Source of the DNA: Paragordius varius
Taxonomy: Eukaryota > Animalia > Nematomorpha
DNA length: 64,000 nt
Assembly (NCBI GenBank): GCA_964247055.1
Contig: OZ176053.1
Location: 9,238,001-9,302,000, forward strand
Direction: 5' to 3'
The notes beneath the pieces are model-generated. The model made no database searches. It was not told the origin of the DNA and worked only from the letters and a program-made list of their open reading frames with translations. Position 1 is the stretch's first letter. Each line of letters starts with the position of its first letter. The translations under genes and the position numbers were made by a program. Shown piece by piece: positions 20,640 through 35,200 of this stretch.

Positions 20640-20669
20640 ACACTACCCCTTAAACTGGGGGTATAAAAA

Positions 20670-20710
<41 letters not shown>

Positions 20711-21420
20711 TTTATATAATCTCATTAAAAATGTATCAGGATATTATGGTGCTTTTGTTTTGACTCCTACCAATGATTTAAGAAAATTATGTCACTTTTG
20801 TGGGAACTAATTCATATTAAATAGCAATATATGCAAAAATATTGCTAAATAAGTTTTTTTTGGTAAGAGCTAAATGATTCATTATTACAAAAAATATCAC
20901 TATATATCAACTATTTATAAAAAAGCGAAAAAACATTTTTATGAAATTTATTTTTAGACGAGTGCTCCAAAAGTCCCAATTTTTTACCCTAATTGTGGGT
21001 TCTCACTTTAAAAATGCGAAAATGCCGAGAGCGATAGTTTTGAATTATGCTAATGACATCAAAATATGTTTTTCATGGAGATTTTTCTTAATAATTAAAT
21101 TTATAGCAAAATTTTGTTTAAGCTGACATTATTTAATTTTGAGACATGATGGAAACGATTAAACACTCTTTAAACTTCGATTCAAATTGGGGAATGTATA
21201 TACCCCACAGATTATATTTAAGATGATATTTTAACAAGTTACTGAAATAAACGGTCCAAATTTGAATTGAATGTTATATCCTAATAAAATTATATAAATA
21301 AGTGATATATCTAAATAAAACTTTTTGAAAAAATCCATATCAAACTACTTCGACCCCATTTTTATTTTCATCATTTTTGCAAATTATCGTGTTTTCAAAA
21401 GCAAAGCATAAAGCTAATAT
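20640..21420. repeat. Dispersed AT-rich repeat family member
   Basis: 21130-21410 is an inverted copy of ~13220-13500. 20820-20940 (GCTAAATAAGTTTTTT...AAAAAACATTT) resembles ~49015-49110. Termini not identified. Confidence 0.45.
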
Positions 21421-22272
21421 ATTATTTAAATCCCATCTAATATTGATAGAAACAAATGATTTATTTTGTATTTTTTTAATTGTACCTTTTGCATATATGT
21501 CATGTTGACTTTATTTTCACCTTTGGATTTTACTATAAAATAAGTAATATTAATTATTTTGGAATTCTTTATATTTCGGTTCATTAATGTTATATAAGTG
21601 TAAACATGTGCCATTTTGGTTCATTTCATATTTTTTGAAGTATTTAATTGTAAACAGCGGGATATTCAACGAACCCAATTTGAACCGAAGGGCTCAAATA
21701 TATGTGTTGTATTCAAGTATCAAGACAGGGGTGATGGCTTCGCGGGTCGAATAATATATATTGGCGTTTATAATAATTTGTTAGTTTCAAACGTAAGATC
21801 GTAAAATGCCAACACAATATAAAATTGCCAATTGGTTACGTGTATTTGAAAAATTTGTTCAAGAATTATTATCAATTTGAACATATTGTCAGAATTTTGC
21901 ATATTATGGATGTTTAAATTCTTCACGGGCCGCACATAAAGCCTCGGAACGCCGCCTGTTGAAAGCCCCTGCTCTAAGATATTACAAAATATATTTTCTA
22001 TATGATTCCATGTTGAACGATTTTATCAGAACTTTAATAAAAAGTTTTATTTGCTTTTTAATTCAATTTTCGTAAAAACAATTTATAACATAAGTATTAG
22101 GATGAACAAATATTATAATTAAATTTTTAGATGATGAAATGTTAAGCTTCATTATATACCGTTTTTATACTGCTTGAAAATAAAGAAGTGAGGTCCGATC
22201 AATTTGTTCTAAAAATCAATTGCTTGCCAAAGTAGGCATTTTTAAAAATAATTTGAATGTCACAATCTAGCA

Positions 22273-22991
22273 CAGTCGTTCCCAACCTATTTAATTCATG
22301 CCCCACCATATTTATAAAAAATTTTTGCCCTACCAATGATAAAAATGCAACAATTATTCTAATAATATTATAAGCATTCAAAATTTCTTGATACTAAAAT
22401 TAGCAAAGTATTATTTAATATTTAAATCGTATTTAAATCTTATTCCTGCACTTTTATCGGATGCGTTATTACATCAACTGTTAATGGATTTATTGTTGAG
22501 TTAACTGACCATTTAGATAAAGGATCTGTAAAGTATTTAGCGAATTCCTCCACTAGATTGCAAATTAAACTATTCAAATATAATGAATGCATAATTTATG
22601 ATAGCCTTGTTGGTCGAATTAAAGGTCGGAAATTAAACGAATTATTTTTCCGTTAATCGATAAACGCACTTTTATAAATGCATTTATCTAATCAAGATAC
22701 AATATTATAATAACCTTGCAATTTTAGATTTAACTTAATCAGATTTTCAAAAAATGAACTAAATAAAAGAATTATAGTTTAAAATCTGAATTCGAAAAAT
22801 CACGATAGAGTTCCAATTTTTCTCTGATCGTCCACAAAAATTAAAACATATATCAGATTCCCCTTCGATGACATAATATTAAATAAACCAATTATCAATT
22901 AATAAACAGTGTGTTTATTAACACTTTTAACGTTGTTTCTCCAAAACTTTCGACCACCTAGATTTTTCTACGCCCCTTTTGGGAACTACTG
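22273..22991. mobile_element. hAT (Charlie-like) non-autonomous element with a possible transposase remnant
   Basis: TIR CAGTCGTTCCCAA / TTGGGAACTACTG with perfect 8-bp TSD ATCTAGCA (22265-22272, 22992-22999). Minus strand ~22470-22570 reads LICNLVEEFAKYFTDPLSKW..INPL, reminiscent of a hAT transposase C-terminal region (weak). Confidence 0.8.
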
Positions 22992-23905
22992 ATCTAGCAT
23001 TTATACGCAACTTCGGATTTTTTGTGTTTACTAGTAATTAAACAGCCTATTTTATACTGGACCACAGCTTTGCGGGCCCGACATTCAAAATAGTTTATAA
23101 AAATATATGTTTATAGTATATGCTATAATGCTATATACTATTTGGTATATTTTGGAATGAAGAATTTAGCTTTCAACGAAAAAATATTTTAGCACAACAC
23201 AATGTCCACAAAAACAATATCTTTAGCGGGATATTATTTTGGAAAATGCAGGATTATCATAATGTTTTTGTTAAGCCCTTACGAGTGAGTTAAAAAAGTC
23301 ATTTTGTGATTACTATTTTATAAAAGTATCAAAATTTGCACACAATTTGCTATAAAATATTAAAATTTTGATGTGGACTACAAAAGCCACAAATTTTCGG
23401 GAGAATGGGCAAAATAACCCCTAAAATGGTGTTGAGCGATAAAAATTATATATATATATATATAAACTTAATTAAATCCAAAAAAGTTTTTTTATGGCTA
23501 AATTTTGAAAAACTTTATAAAAGTTTGGTGAAGCAAGTTTTCTGGTATTTGAAGCATGGTGGAAAAGATAGAAAACAATTTTTTATATAATTCATAGATG
23601 CACATTTTTATGTGCTCAGATTTTTTATCATAACTTTTATTCGGTTTAGTTTAAATTTAATATTAAATGTCTTTTCACAAAAAATATAAATAATTTTGAG
23701 ACAACCAATTTTTTAATCAAAATTCTGAGGTGATAGAAAACGTTAAGATCCAATTATATAGGAAAAATGTTTTTATTATATCTTAAAGAGTTTTTGTGCC
23801 GTTTTGAATTTTTAAATACCATAAAATATGGTTTATCCGCATGCTAAAATAATTTATTAACAGATTATGCATATTTACAAAGAATTTTAATTTCATAATC
23901 TAGTA

Positions 23906-24113
23906 CAGTGATACTCAAACCGCGGCTCACGGGCCGTATGTCTCTTCAAAAGTTTTTCACATGGCCTTGAATTATTATAAAAAAATTGTTTTATTTATTT
24001 TAAATATATATGGCAGCAAATTCGCCAAACAGCTATGAAAATCGTATCGGTATTATATTGAGTATGATAAATATTTTTTCCGGCCCCATAAATATTTTTC
24101 GTGACTACCACTG
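23906..24113. mobile_element. hAT MITE, 208 bp
   Basis: CAGTGATACTC...GACTACCACTG; TSD ATCTAGTA / ATCTAGCA (one mismatch). Confidence 0.65.
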
Positions 24114-27100
24114 ATCTAGCATAAGTTAATGATTATTATCGCAAAACCTAGGCATTTTGACGTTTATTTGAAAACTACCCATTTTAGAGAAGGGCAAAAA
24201 TTTAGAGACTAAAATTAATAAAAATATTCTTTATTTTAAATATATAGTATAAAATATATTATTTTTTAGGACTAAAGTCTTTAGCCCTCGCCAAATAATT
24301 AGCATAACCACAAAATTTGTTGTTTTGTTTATGTGAAGCAATTACCACTGGCAAAAACTTTCTTAAATCTCATAAGGCCCAAAACTAAAAGCAGACTCTA
24401 TTATAAACATCACGCTCAAAAACGTTAAAGCGGTATGAAAATGATTACTGAACATTGTTATTGCTTTTTATGGATTAAACCCGAAACCATTTTTGTGGTA
24501 CCAGAATTAGAACAATCAGCTTTCTCGGCAACGTTTTGAAATCATAAAACAGGACAAAGCCGTTTTCAAAAAGGGAACAATGTTTTGATTCCAAAACTCA
24601 TTTTTTTATGTTTGGTAAATTTTAAATAACCTTAACCTTATTTTTCTGTTTTATTTAATTCATAAAAGACTAATTTTTTTTATAACACACCATACAATGT
24701 TTCTGAAAATTTAGGAAAAAATATTTCTAATTTTTTTATAAAACACCATACAATGTTTCTGAAAATTTAGGCTCTCTATATATGAAACCGAAATCAAAAT
24801 CATTGGACTAAAAAATACGGCAACAAATTTTTTGGCAAAATTTTTTTTTGAACCCGTAACAATTTTGTCTAATCCGTTTAAAATTTTTATAAACAGGAAC
24901 CGAACATAACAAAAAGGAATCATAATCCAAACTCGGTTGGTAATCTCTTGTTTTAATTTTCGTGTATTATTTATTGGCAAGTGGAAATAATCGTGTTTTA
25001 AATGCAAACGTTCACTTGCACCCGATTTTATCCGCTTTGTATAAAAAATCCAACTGTATTTAAATTAAAATTTTCATACCGTTCTTTACTACAAAGACCT
25101 TTTCATTATCTCAGATACTTTAAATCCCAATATTTATTTACACTATTTGGCCCTTTTGATTTACATTATTTTAAATCGTAATATTGATTTGCTTCAAAAT
25201 AGGGGCATCGTTTTTGCGATGAGTAGGCACCTAAAGAAACATACTATGAATTGATAGGGTTAAAAATTTCTATTATATACAAGAAGTATTTGTACTCATT
25301 TCGCCACCATTCTTTCCAAAGTAATATTTTATTTTATTGACATTTGCAATGGTGTGAAGATATTAAGAAAAGATGAAAATATTTTTATGACTACATGGTA
25401 TTAATTGGCTAATTTATGGCTATTTTATTGGATGCACATTCTGCACGCGCAGTATAGCAAAAATGCATTTTTATTAGCTTGGGTAATAAATAAAAGAAAT
25501 ATTCCAAAATACGTTTTTGGGAACGAAAAATTGGATAAAAACTAAAAGGTAAATATTCATTGAAAGTTTTTAAATGGATGAGTATTATACTAACCATGTT
25601 AATCAAAATAAAAGATTTTAATCCCACAATATAAATATTTTTTTTAGGTTTTATCCTATATTTTACGATATTTTGGGTTATAGGTTATTAATGATTTTAC
25701 ACGATTGACTTAAACGCTAAAATGCGCGAAACTGCCCACCTAAAAATATCGCATATCCGCAAGTGCTTGATACCCAAATAATTAATATTTTTTCAAAGAT
25801 AATTATTTTTCGATATCAGTACCGAATTATATACAGAAAAAAGTGTTTTAATACCGTTTGCAGACCATTTTTCAAATTACCTAAAGTACGCTTCAAAAAT
25901 AATCTAATTTTTTTAGCAAAATGTGTATTAATTTAAAAGGAAAATGACACAATTTAGCATAAATTAATATTAATTGTTATCGCGCAATCTCGGTTTACGT
26001 TAATTTAAAGAACACTGCTCTATTTTAATATGTTTTAAAATTGACACTTTCACAGCCCTCAAAAATTTAACATTCATTATAATTATTTTTCTTTTTAAAT
26101 ATAGTTTATGATAGAATTTAGTTATGTTTGGAACAAATCATTTAGTTTTCAAAAAATTATTCTTTAGGCCGATTTTATGATATTTCGGTCACCATTATCA
26201 CAAAAGTAGAAATAAATTTTTGAAAAGACTCGTATTCAATTCCCAAAGCCATAAACATCAGTATCCTGCTATATTTTTTTGTCAGAATATATACAATTCA
26301 TCATAATATATGATAAACTATGCGTGATGCATATATATTTGTATTTAATTTTAGAGAATTTTTTTGCAAACATGTTCCTCCCAATCTAAGTTAGGGATAT
26401 ATGTATAAAAAGTTATCCTTTGTCATTTCTATTATTGGCTAACAACCCACTTTATTGTTTTCAAGTATCTTTTTAGTCACCAAAAAGTAATTATTCTAAC
26501 ATTAGTTAGAATACTGGCCAGCAATATTAGTTTAAAGCACTTAGAGGTAGGAAGAATGGTTTGAGATTCAAAATAGATTGGATAATGTATGGCATACTGA
26601 AGATATCAAAATTTTTAAATGTTATAGCAATTATAATTTTGAGTAATTTATTACGTTTTATTATATTTAGGGGTATTTTAAGGGTAATTATACGATATTT
26701 CATAATTTCGTTTTTTCTAATTGAATTTTTGTGGTATTATTTTAATTTTTTTTAAAGGAGTTAAAATATTTTTTAAACAAATTTATTAGCTTTAGGCATA
26801 CCTATTTAAGATTTTTTAAGCCAAATTGTTTTTTATGTTTATATGGAATATCATTATTTTTGATAATAAAAACAAGTCAATATTATATAGTTTTGTTGTT
26901 AATATATAATGGATATACATTTTAATTCGATTAACGCGAAAATCTATGCATTTACCATGCCTTTCAAACAAAAGTACAGGATTTGGCTCCAAAAAATGAC
27001 AGGATATTGTTTATAGGTTTTTGGTATTTTATTTCTTTGTGATCAAAAATCGGCATTTTTGAAGAAATTACCCTGTTTAAAGTTGACGGAGATTATAAAA

Positions 27101-29026
27101 GATTTTTTTGGCGTGGGCTCATATGTTTTAGATATTTAAAAAAATAATCTTTATACTTATATTTATGCAATATTTTTTGTTAAAAGCACTATGCATATTT
27201 AGTAAAAAGCTATGCGTGATTTGCGGCTTTGTGGTTTTTACCTGTAAAATATCGATTATTTTCAGATTTTCTGTATTTTATAGAAACAATAACCCCATGA
27301 AGGTTAAAAACCTTTTAATGCTAATGGTATAAAATTATCTTATAGCATTGACAAAATTTATAATTTATTTTTAATGTATAAAAATATTACCGCATTAATT
27401 CAAGAAAGATCTGACAATTAGAATCTCTTTAAAAAGCTAACATGTTAATTATAATTTAAATTTGATGTTGCGAAAAATATAAGCAAGAGGTAGGGAGAAA
27501 TCTTATATTAACCAATATCAGACTAAATTTTATATAAATATACCAAAATTACTCGATGAAACCGTAATAAACCTCTTTTCTACTAAGTAGGTTAAATTAC
27601 CATGAGGTGTTATAGCCAAAATACCCAAACTATATGTAAAAAGTTCCTTTAAGTTTAACCCTTAATACTTTAATGGTTGTGTAATTTGGTAGTATGATTA
27701 TGATTTAATTCAATTAAGAAAATTGAAATTAAGCCAGTTATTAACATACCCATTATTTGAGGAACTTATTTTTGGTTTACATTTAAAATAAGAGTGCCCA
27801 ACATGCGGCCCTTTGCGACATTCTGCGCTGCCCGTTTAAGAATTTAAAAATAGCAAATAAAATTTAAATTCCACAATTTACAAAATATTTCATTCACGAA
27901 ATCTTGGTAAAATACTAAAAATAATATCTTTCCCTTTAAATTTTAGGTTTACATGTCATGTACAGGTCTTAATTTATTCGGCATTATTTTATTTATTGCT
28001 TCGATTTCTCAAACACCATTGATTGTTTGTAAAGGGTTACATTAATTTTTTTTGTGCCATTAAATATTTATTAATTAGATTTTTAGAGTATTATCGGTTT
28101 TTTATGTTCATGTTTTTAAAAAATTCGGCCTACCGCATTTTTTGAATCGAAAATGTGACCCTTTAAGCTTCTGTTGGACATCCCAGATTTCACATATATA
28201 AAATATTTGGAAAGTAATATTATGTATATATTTAATTATTTTAAGGCATGCCTAAATTGGAATCTATTTATTCCATTATTATTTATTCAATTTATATTTT
28301 GCACGCTATTTATATATTATAAAATATGAATATAAATATAAAAGAAACAATATTTAATGTCAGTAGAGCTATACAAAGTATCCTAAGTTTTTTGTCCAAA
28401 ATATAATATTTGTAAAAAGTTTTCTCCCTTTTACATCCATATCCTGGAAAATTATTGATCTATCTTTTATTAAATTTTTACTTATATAAGAAGTGTATTT
28501 TTAATAAGAGGAAAGTGATGAAATGTCATCACACCAACAAATCCTAATTGAATTTGCGATATTTTGTGTGTTCTAAAGAAGGGCAAACTTATATATATAG
28601 ATATTATGTTTTGACATTGAAAGCAAAGTATTATTAATATAAGTATGGAAAATGTGTCATATCATATTGCATATTTCATACATAATTTATGAGATAGATA
28701 AGCTTTTATTCCTGAATAAATTTTTACCCATCATCCTAACTAAGATATTTGGAATAAATTATTTTTAGTTTGACTTGCAAATGCCTATGAAATCATGTAA
28801 AAAGCAAACTATTCTAAACTTTTGCATATTTACATATAATATATATATTAAGTTAATTAAATTATTTTTGGAAATAAAATTAACATATCACACACAGAAA
28901 AAACCATTATATATTTAAAAAATATTGGTTTAGCGCATGGGATATTTTTAATCACATAAATATTAAAAGCATAATCTACGCCTTTACTTTTTGGTTAATT
29001 TTATTTTCAACATTTTCATTGTGGCA

Positions 29027-32000
29027 ATGCCATATTTCATCAGCATGATCAAATATTTTATAATAATTTTTAGCATAGTTGCGAAATTATATGCAATTGA
29101 GTCGATGCAAATATCCTTAAAAGTTCAAAAAAATATCCCAATTTCAACAAAAATTTTAAATCTGGATGAGTATATGTCTTCATTATTTAGTTTTGGCTTA
29201 ACCGCTGATACTACCAAGCACTATATATTAAATAGTACAATTGATTCGAATCCATTTTGTCTTGATAATCAAAACATCTTAATTGTCTGCAATCCTCTTA
29301 TTCCCAAAATCAAATATTTTAATTTCATCATTTTGAGTAATAATAATAGTCTGCTCAATTTCGTTACAAAAATCATAATTAACATTGAAATAGTAGATTT
29401 GAATGATAACGCTATTTTTGTCGTACCACAAAGTTTATATGTTAAAATTCCAGAAAATTTAGGTGCATTAAATACAATGGATAAAAATGACATACCGATC
29501 GGTAAAATTTTAGCATATATTTTACCGATAGGTGATATAAAGAGAAGATTGAGATACGCAATTCAAAGTGGAAATGATGATAACATTTTTATTTTGGATC
29601 CATTTTCTGGCATTATATATTTTACCTCAAAATCGGAATTAGATTTTGAAAGGGAGTCTTTATATATTCTTATCATAAAAGTAGAGGATGTAACTGACCC
29701 GCATCTCCGAATCACCACAACTCTGAAAATCGAAGTGACCGATGTAAACGATAACAAACCCCAATTTTATGGGAATGAAGTTGAAATAACACTCAGTGTC
29801 CCTGAGGACACAGGTATTGGGACAAATTTATTCACATTCAGAGCATTTGATTTGGACAGTAGTGAAAATGGTCATTTTACTTTTACATTGTCCACGATGG
29901 ATGACTCAATGAAAAATTATAGTTCTCAATTACCATTTATAATTATGGCTAATGGTACCTTAATTTTGATCAATAATTTGAATTACGAACAAACAAACAG
30001 CTATGATTTCTTTGTTGTAGTAAAAGATCGCGGACAAATTCCTCTTAGCAATAAAGCGCATGTAATAGTCCAAGTCAAAGACGTAAATGACAATCCACCA
30101 TACTGTTTGCATCAAACAAATAATTTTAACATATCTGAAATGACTGCTGTGGGTACACTTATAGATAGTCAATTTCAAATTGGTGATTTAGATGTCAAAC
30201 CCAATTTCCAATTTTCCCTTTTACCAATCGATGGTAACGATGTTAATGCTACTAAATATTTTGAGCCTATTTCATTGGGCACCAATCAACAAACGAAAAT
30301 AACCACACTAGGACTGGTATTAATTCACTCTCTGGTAAATTCTCCAATACGTGACTTTTATTATGTGTTGCAAATTAAGGATGATATTTATGTGGTAACA
30401 TGTAATGTAACAATCCACATAATAGATGAAAACAATAATGCACCAACGTTTCCCTTCTCACATTATAAGATACATGTGAAAGAAAATGTCTATACTCCCA
30501 CAGAAATCCTACGATTGCAGGCAAATGATAAAGATTGGGGCCAGAATGGCAAAATACAATATACATTGGATTCTTCGTCATCATCTGTTAATCCGCTTGA
30601 AACATTTACTATTGATAAGGATACCGGCATCATTTATGTGAATAAGACGTTGGATAGAGAATATACCGACACTTTTAACCTTATAGTGTTGGCTAACGAT
30701 GGTGGTACACCAATGAAAACGGGTATTACGCATTTAACAGTTGTGGTGGAAGATGTGAATGATAATGCCCCCATCTTTGTCAATAATATTATCTTAGGGC
30801 AGAAATTTCTATCACATGCAAACATCACATCTTACACTAATGATGTGGTCGAAAACGTTCAAAATAACACATTGTTAGGCCAAATCAAAGCTATAGATAA
30901 TGATTTGGGGCAAAATGGAGCTATAAATTATTATTTTATAAATTTGTTTGGCGCTAAAGTTTCGCATTTGGAATTTTTTAGAATTGACCATGAAACAGGC
31001 CATATATATACTCATTATCTTGAGGACACACATATTATTGATAGGGAACTCGTTTCACATTATGCTCTTAAGGTAATGGCAATAGATAAAGCGGATGATA
31101 TAAGTCAACGGCTCAATAATACGATTTGGTACAATATTTCGGTGTTAGATGTAGATGATAATTTGCCCAAATTTGTTGATTCATCGCTTTACATATCGGT
31201 CAAGGAAGAAAACGCTGTTGGTAAGCTTTTGGCTAGAGTTACTGTCACCGATCCCGATGAATTACAAAATGCCCAAACACAATGTTATCTACATTTTGAT
31301 AATGATCATTTGCAAGATACCTATCGTGATGTGTTTGAATTAGAAAAAAATGGAAATTTTGATTATGATCTCATTTTGCTGAAAAGTTTAGATTATGAAG
31401 CAGATTCTCCATTACTGTCTTTTCAAATATATTTACGACCATATAACGATAATGATAATAAAAATAATAATAGCAATAACTTGGTGGCAGATATTCTTAA
31501 TGTCTCACTCGAGATAATTGACATAAACGATAATCCACCCTTTACAAAAAATATGGCGATATATTTGACATATACTATGGATAATAATGGGTATCGACTT
31601 TTTTATCTATAACAAAAAATGAAAAAATACATTAACAAACGTTTAATTTTTATTTGATACTAACGAATTAAATGTTTGCCAACTTTATTCGGAATCACGT
31701 GTAAAATCCCTAATAACAAAAAAGTTTTATGCTTGAGAGTAACTTAAATTTGAAAATTTTAAAACCATTAGCCGGCACGCGACATGGCTACAAAGAGCTG
31801 TATGACTTTTTGTTTGAGTTAGGGGGATGATAACTAAATTTGGCCCTTGTAAGTCTCCTTAACTAGATTGCTTATACTAAGTATTGTAAATGTATTAAGT
31901 TATAAAAAATTTTAACGATAACCACAGTTTAAGTTTTTTATACTGTCATATATCCTTTTTAAAAATTTATTTTTTTCGTTAAATGGGTATAAATATTTGG

Positions 32001-32217
32001 TAAAGAATGTAAAAACAAGAGCTCTGTGGTATTAAGAATATCATATTCATCAAAAAAGTATAATACCATAAAGCTCTTGTTTTTTCCATTCTTTCCCAAA
32101 TATTATAATCATTTAACGAAAAAAATAAATTTTCGATAAAATAAAGGAGACATGACTGTAGATGTTTTAGAAAAATTCGTAGTTACTAATATTTTTTGGG
32201 TTGTGATATTAATTATA

Positions 32218-32255
<38 letters not shown>

Positions 32256-35200
32256 TTCTTTTAATAAGGCAAATCCGACGTTTTCAAATACCAGGATGGG
32301 ATTTAGACATTAATGATAAGCTCAACTACAACATATTATTTAATCATGAAAATGAATATATGTATCCTTATCTCTCAATTAAATCAATAAATGAATCCGG
32401 ATATTTGGAGATTAAACCTTTCAATTTTAGTTACGTGAGTTTGGAAATCCCTTTCATTGTTTCAGGTATATAATATTTTAAAATTTTGTATTACTGGAAC
32501 CGTGAGATAATTTAGGAATAGAAACCGAGCTGTTTTATTTAATTTAAAAACGAAAGAGGTTTTTTTTCAAATTATAGGAACATCAGGGTATATTAAAAAA
32601 GAAAATAACTTATCGGAACTGGTTTTCATAACAAGGGTAATTTTTTGTAAACTCTCATAGTTTTACCCTTGTTTAATGATGCTTTTGTATGAAACTCAGT
32701 TTAATCCGATATCTTTGAAAACTTTATATTTATAATATCCATTAATTTCATAAATTATAATAATCTATCAAAAAAAAGAGGATTTGTTAAAATGTCTTTG
32801 TTCAAATAAAGAAACAATGAAATATTATAAATAATATATATTAATAATATTGGTAGGATTTACATTAAAACTTGAGGTGTGTTATATTTATGACTATTAT
32901 GGTGTATAACACTGGACAACAAATTTTTCTGCCACTTGAGTTTTTAGCATTTTCTGATATTTGATATCATTTTAACAGTAAATCTGAAATAAAAATTATA
33001 ACTCGTTGGAAGAATTTTGTATAATTTAATTTTTTTGATTATACGCCCTCTTTATCAAAATTTTACTAAAAAAATATTTTTCTTTGAAAATTTACAAGTA
33101 ATGCCCATTTGTAATATATCATTCGAAAGAGTATTAAAAACTCTATAAAAGGCATACTAATATGTTTTACATCGACAGTTAATATTGGACACAAAGAGTG
33201 ACAAACGCGCGAAGCGAGAGCTTTTTTTTAATTATTATATTTTTAAAACTAATTGATGAAAATAGCTCAAACTTTGTTTTGATGGTGATGAATGTCCAAA
33301 AAAGATAACACAAGAAAGTTTTTTTGATTAAAACATTTTTTTATTGCTTTTATGTCACTCACAACAACCATTTTTAAATTTTTTGTTTTTTTAAAATTGC
33401 CATCTCATCAATATTAATTTATTTTCTTTATAAGGCTGATAATTTCGAAATTTTAATGATAAAAACAAAGTTTAAGGTATTTTTGATCTTTTATAGCCAT
33501 TATGTAATAAATTTACAGCTATAACTATGCATTTTAGTATCCGCTAGGTAAAATATTTATGATAATAATAATTTTTTTTAAAAGAGCAAACCAAAAGCTT
33601 TTTCAAACATTTTTTTAAAATTAAATATTAATATAACCCTAATAATTATATTAAAATAATTTATATGATTTTCAAATTAGTTTGTCTGTGAAAATTCCTG
33701 ACTTATTTAAGGATTGAAAATTTCGACCATTTAAATCCAAATAACTTTTACATCCGATTGATTTAAATGACTTACTATCAATTAAAAGATGCAGTTTTTT
33801 GCGCTCTTTCGAATGATATAAAATACATGGCTTCATATCTAAAACTTTTATTTTTTGAAATTTCGAGTTTAATGTTAAATCGGGGCCAAAAATTATCGAT
33901 AAACTCTAATATAAAAAATTCTTCCATGCTAGACCAATTTTCTTTTCAGATATACTAATTATGTACTTTAATGAAATAAATTTTAAATTTACAAAAATGG
34001 CAGTTAAAAAAAGTTAAAATTTGTTGTCTAGTGTAATTTATACAAAGTTAAACTATTTTTAATAAAATAATCCCATTTTTGTAGATCAAATCCATGAAAC
34101 CAAAGCTAAAATATTTTTAACGGTGCTAAACCTAAAAGAACACATGCTGAAAAATTCAGTAACCATGCAATTTGAATTAAAAAAGACGCATCATTTTAAC
34201 TTGAACGCATTTTATTCAATATTGAATGTGATGGCTGAAGTTTTGCATATTCAACGAAATAATATTCTAATCCTTCATTATCAAGAGAATAGCGACGGGA
34301 ATAATCAATATGATTCAAATTTTTATTTTAATCTCACATTTGCAATACTCCTTACTAACACCATTAATGTCGAGGATCAAGTTCTTCAAGAAATTTATAT
34401 GGACGTTCGGGACTCTAAAACAGTGTTAAACATTAATTGGAAGTACATTAAATTGAAAACTAACGTAATGTTTCGTTTCATGACTCAAAATTATGAATTA
34501 ACCTTAGAACGAAAACAACGAAAAAATTCTGAAAACCATATAAATGAAATAAGGGAAACAAAACTAAATTTTCCAGTTTTACCTTATAACCTATTTCAGG
34601 ATATACACTTTAACACACCCGTTTATGAAATTTTATTGAAATCGTCAATCAGAAATACGCCAAAATTAACAACAAAAAATTTCATACTAATTGGTAAAGA
34701 AATTCATTGTATATAATTTTATAAATCATTAATTAATCATAATATTTAGGCCAAAAACCAACTACCATACGAGATGAATCGTTTAAATTTTATATGTTCA
34801 ACGATTCTAGCCAGCAAATCTATGCACCTACAGATGGGGTATATTGGATAAGACTTATGTAAGTTATAACTTTATGGTAAGGAATTTCAAATACACAACT
34901 TACAAAAATTGGTAATTATCTAAAATCCGTAAAATAGATATATACCCAAAATAAAAAATATATCAGAATTCTAATGATGGTTCTTGTTTGGATCATGCCA
35001 GTCATTTATCAAATTTTATCGTAATTAAAATCACGATTTAACGCACTCTACATTAATTTAATTTTTTTGGTGGAGAAATGCCGCGGCGTACAATTTTATA
35101 TTATTAGATTTGATTATAGGATTTATTTGCCTTCAAAATAATCAACGTTTTATGCAACAAACAATATATACTTCAGTAAAATGTGGTGATAAATATTTTA

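Noticed and set aside
24671-24771. ~45-bp direct duplication (TAATTTTTTT...CATACAATGTTTCTGAAAATTTAGG x2)
   Set aside because: Real, but a two-copy local slippage duplication with no sign of function.
34859-35020. Further micro-introns or mini-exons at 34859-34881 and 34912-34937
   Set aside because: From the strong GTAAGT donor these combinations lead to stops. Direct splicing from 34858 to 36002 is phase-correct and simpler. An alternative path from the weaker donor at ~34839 is not excluded.
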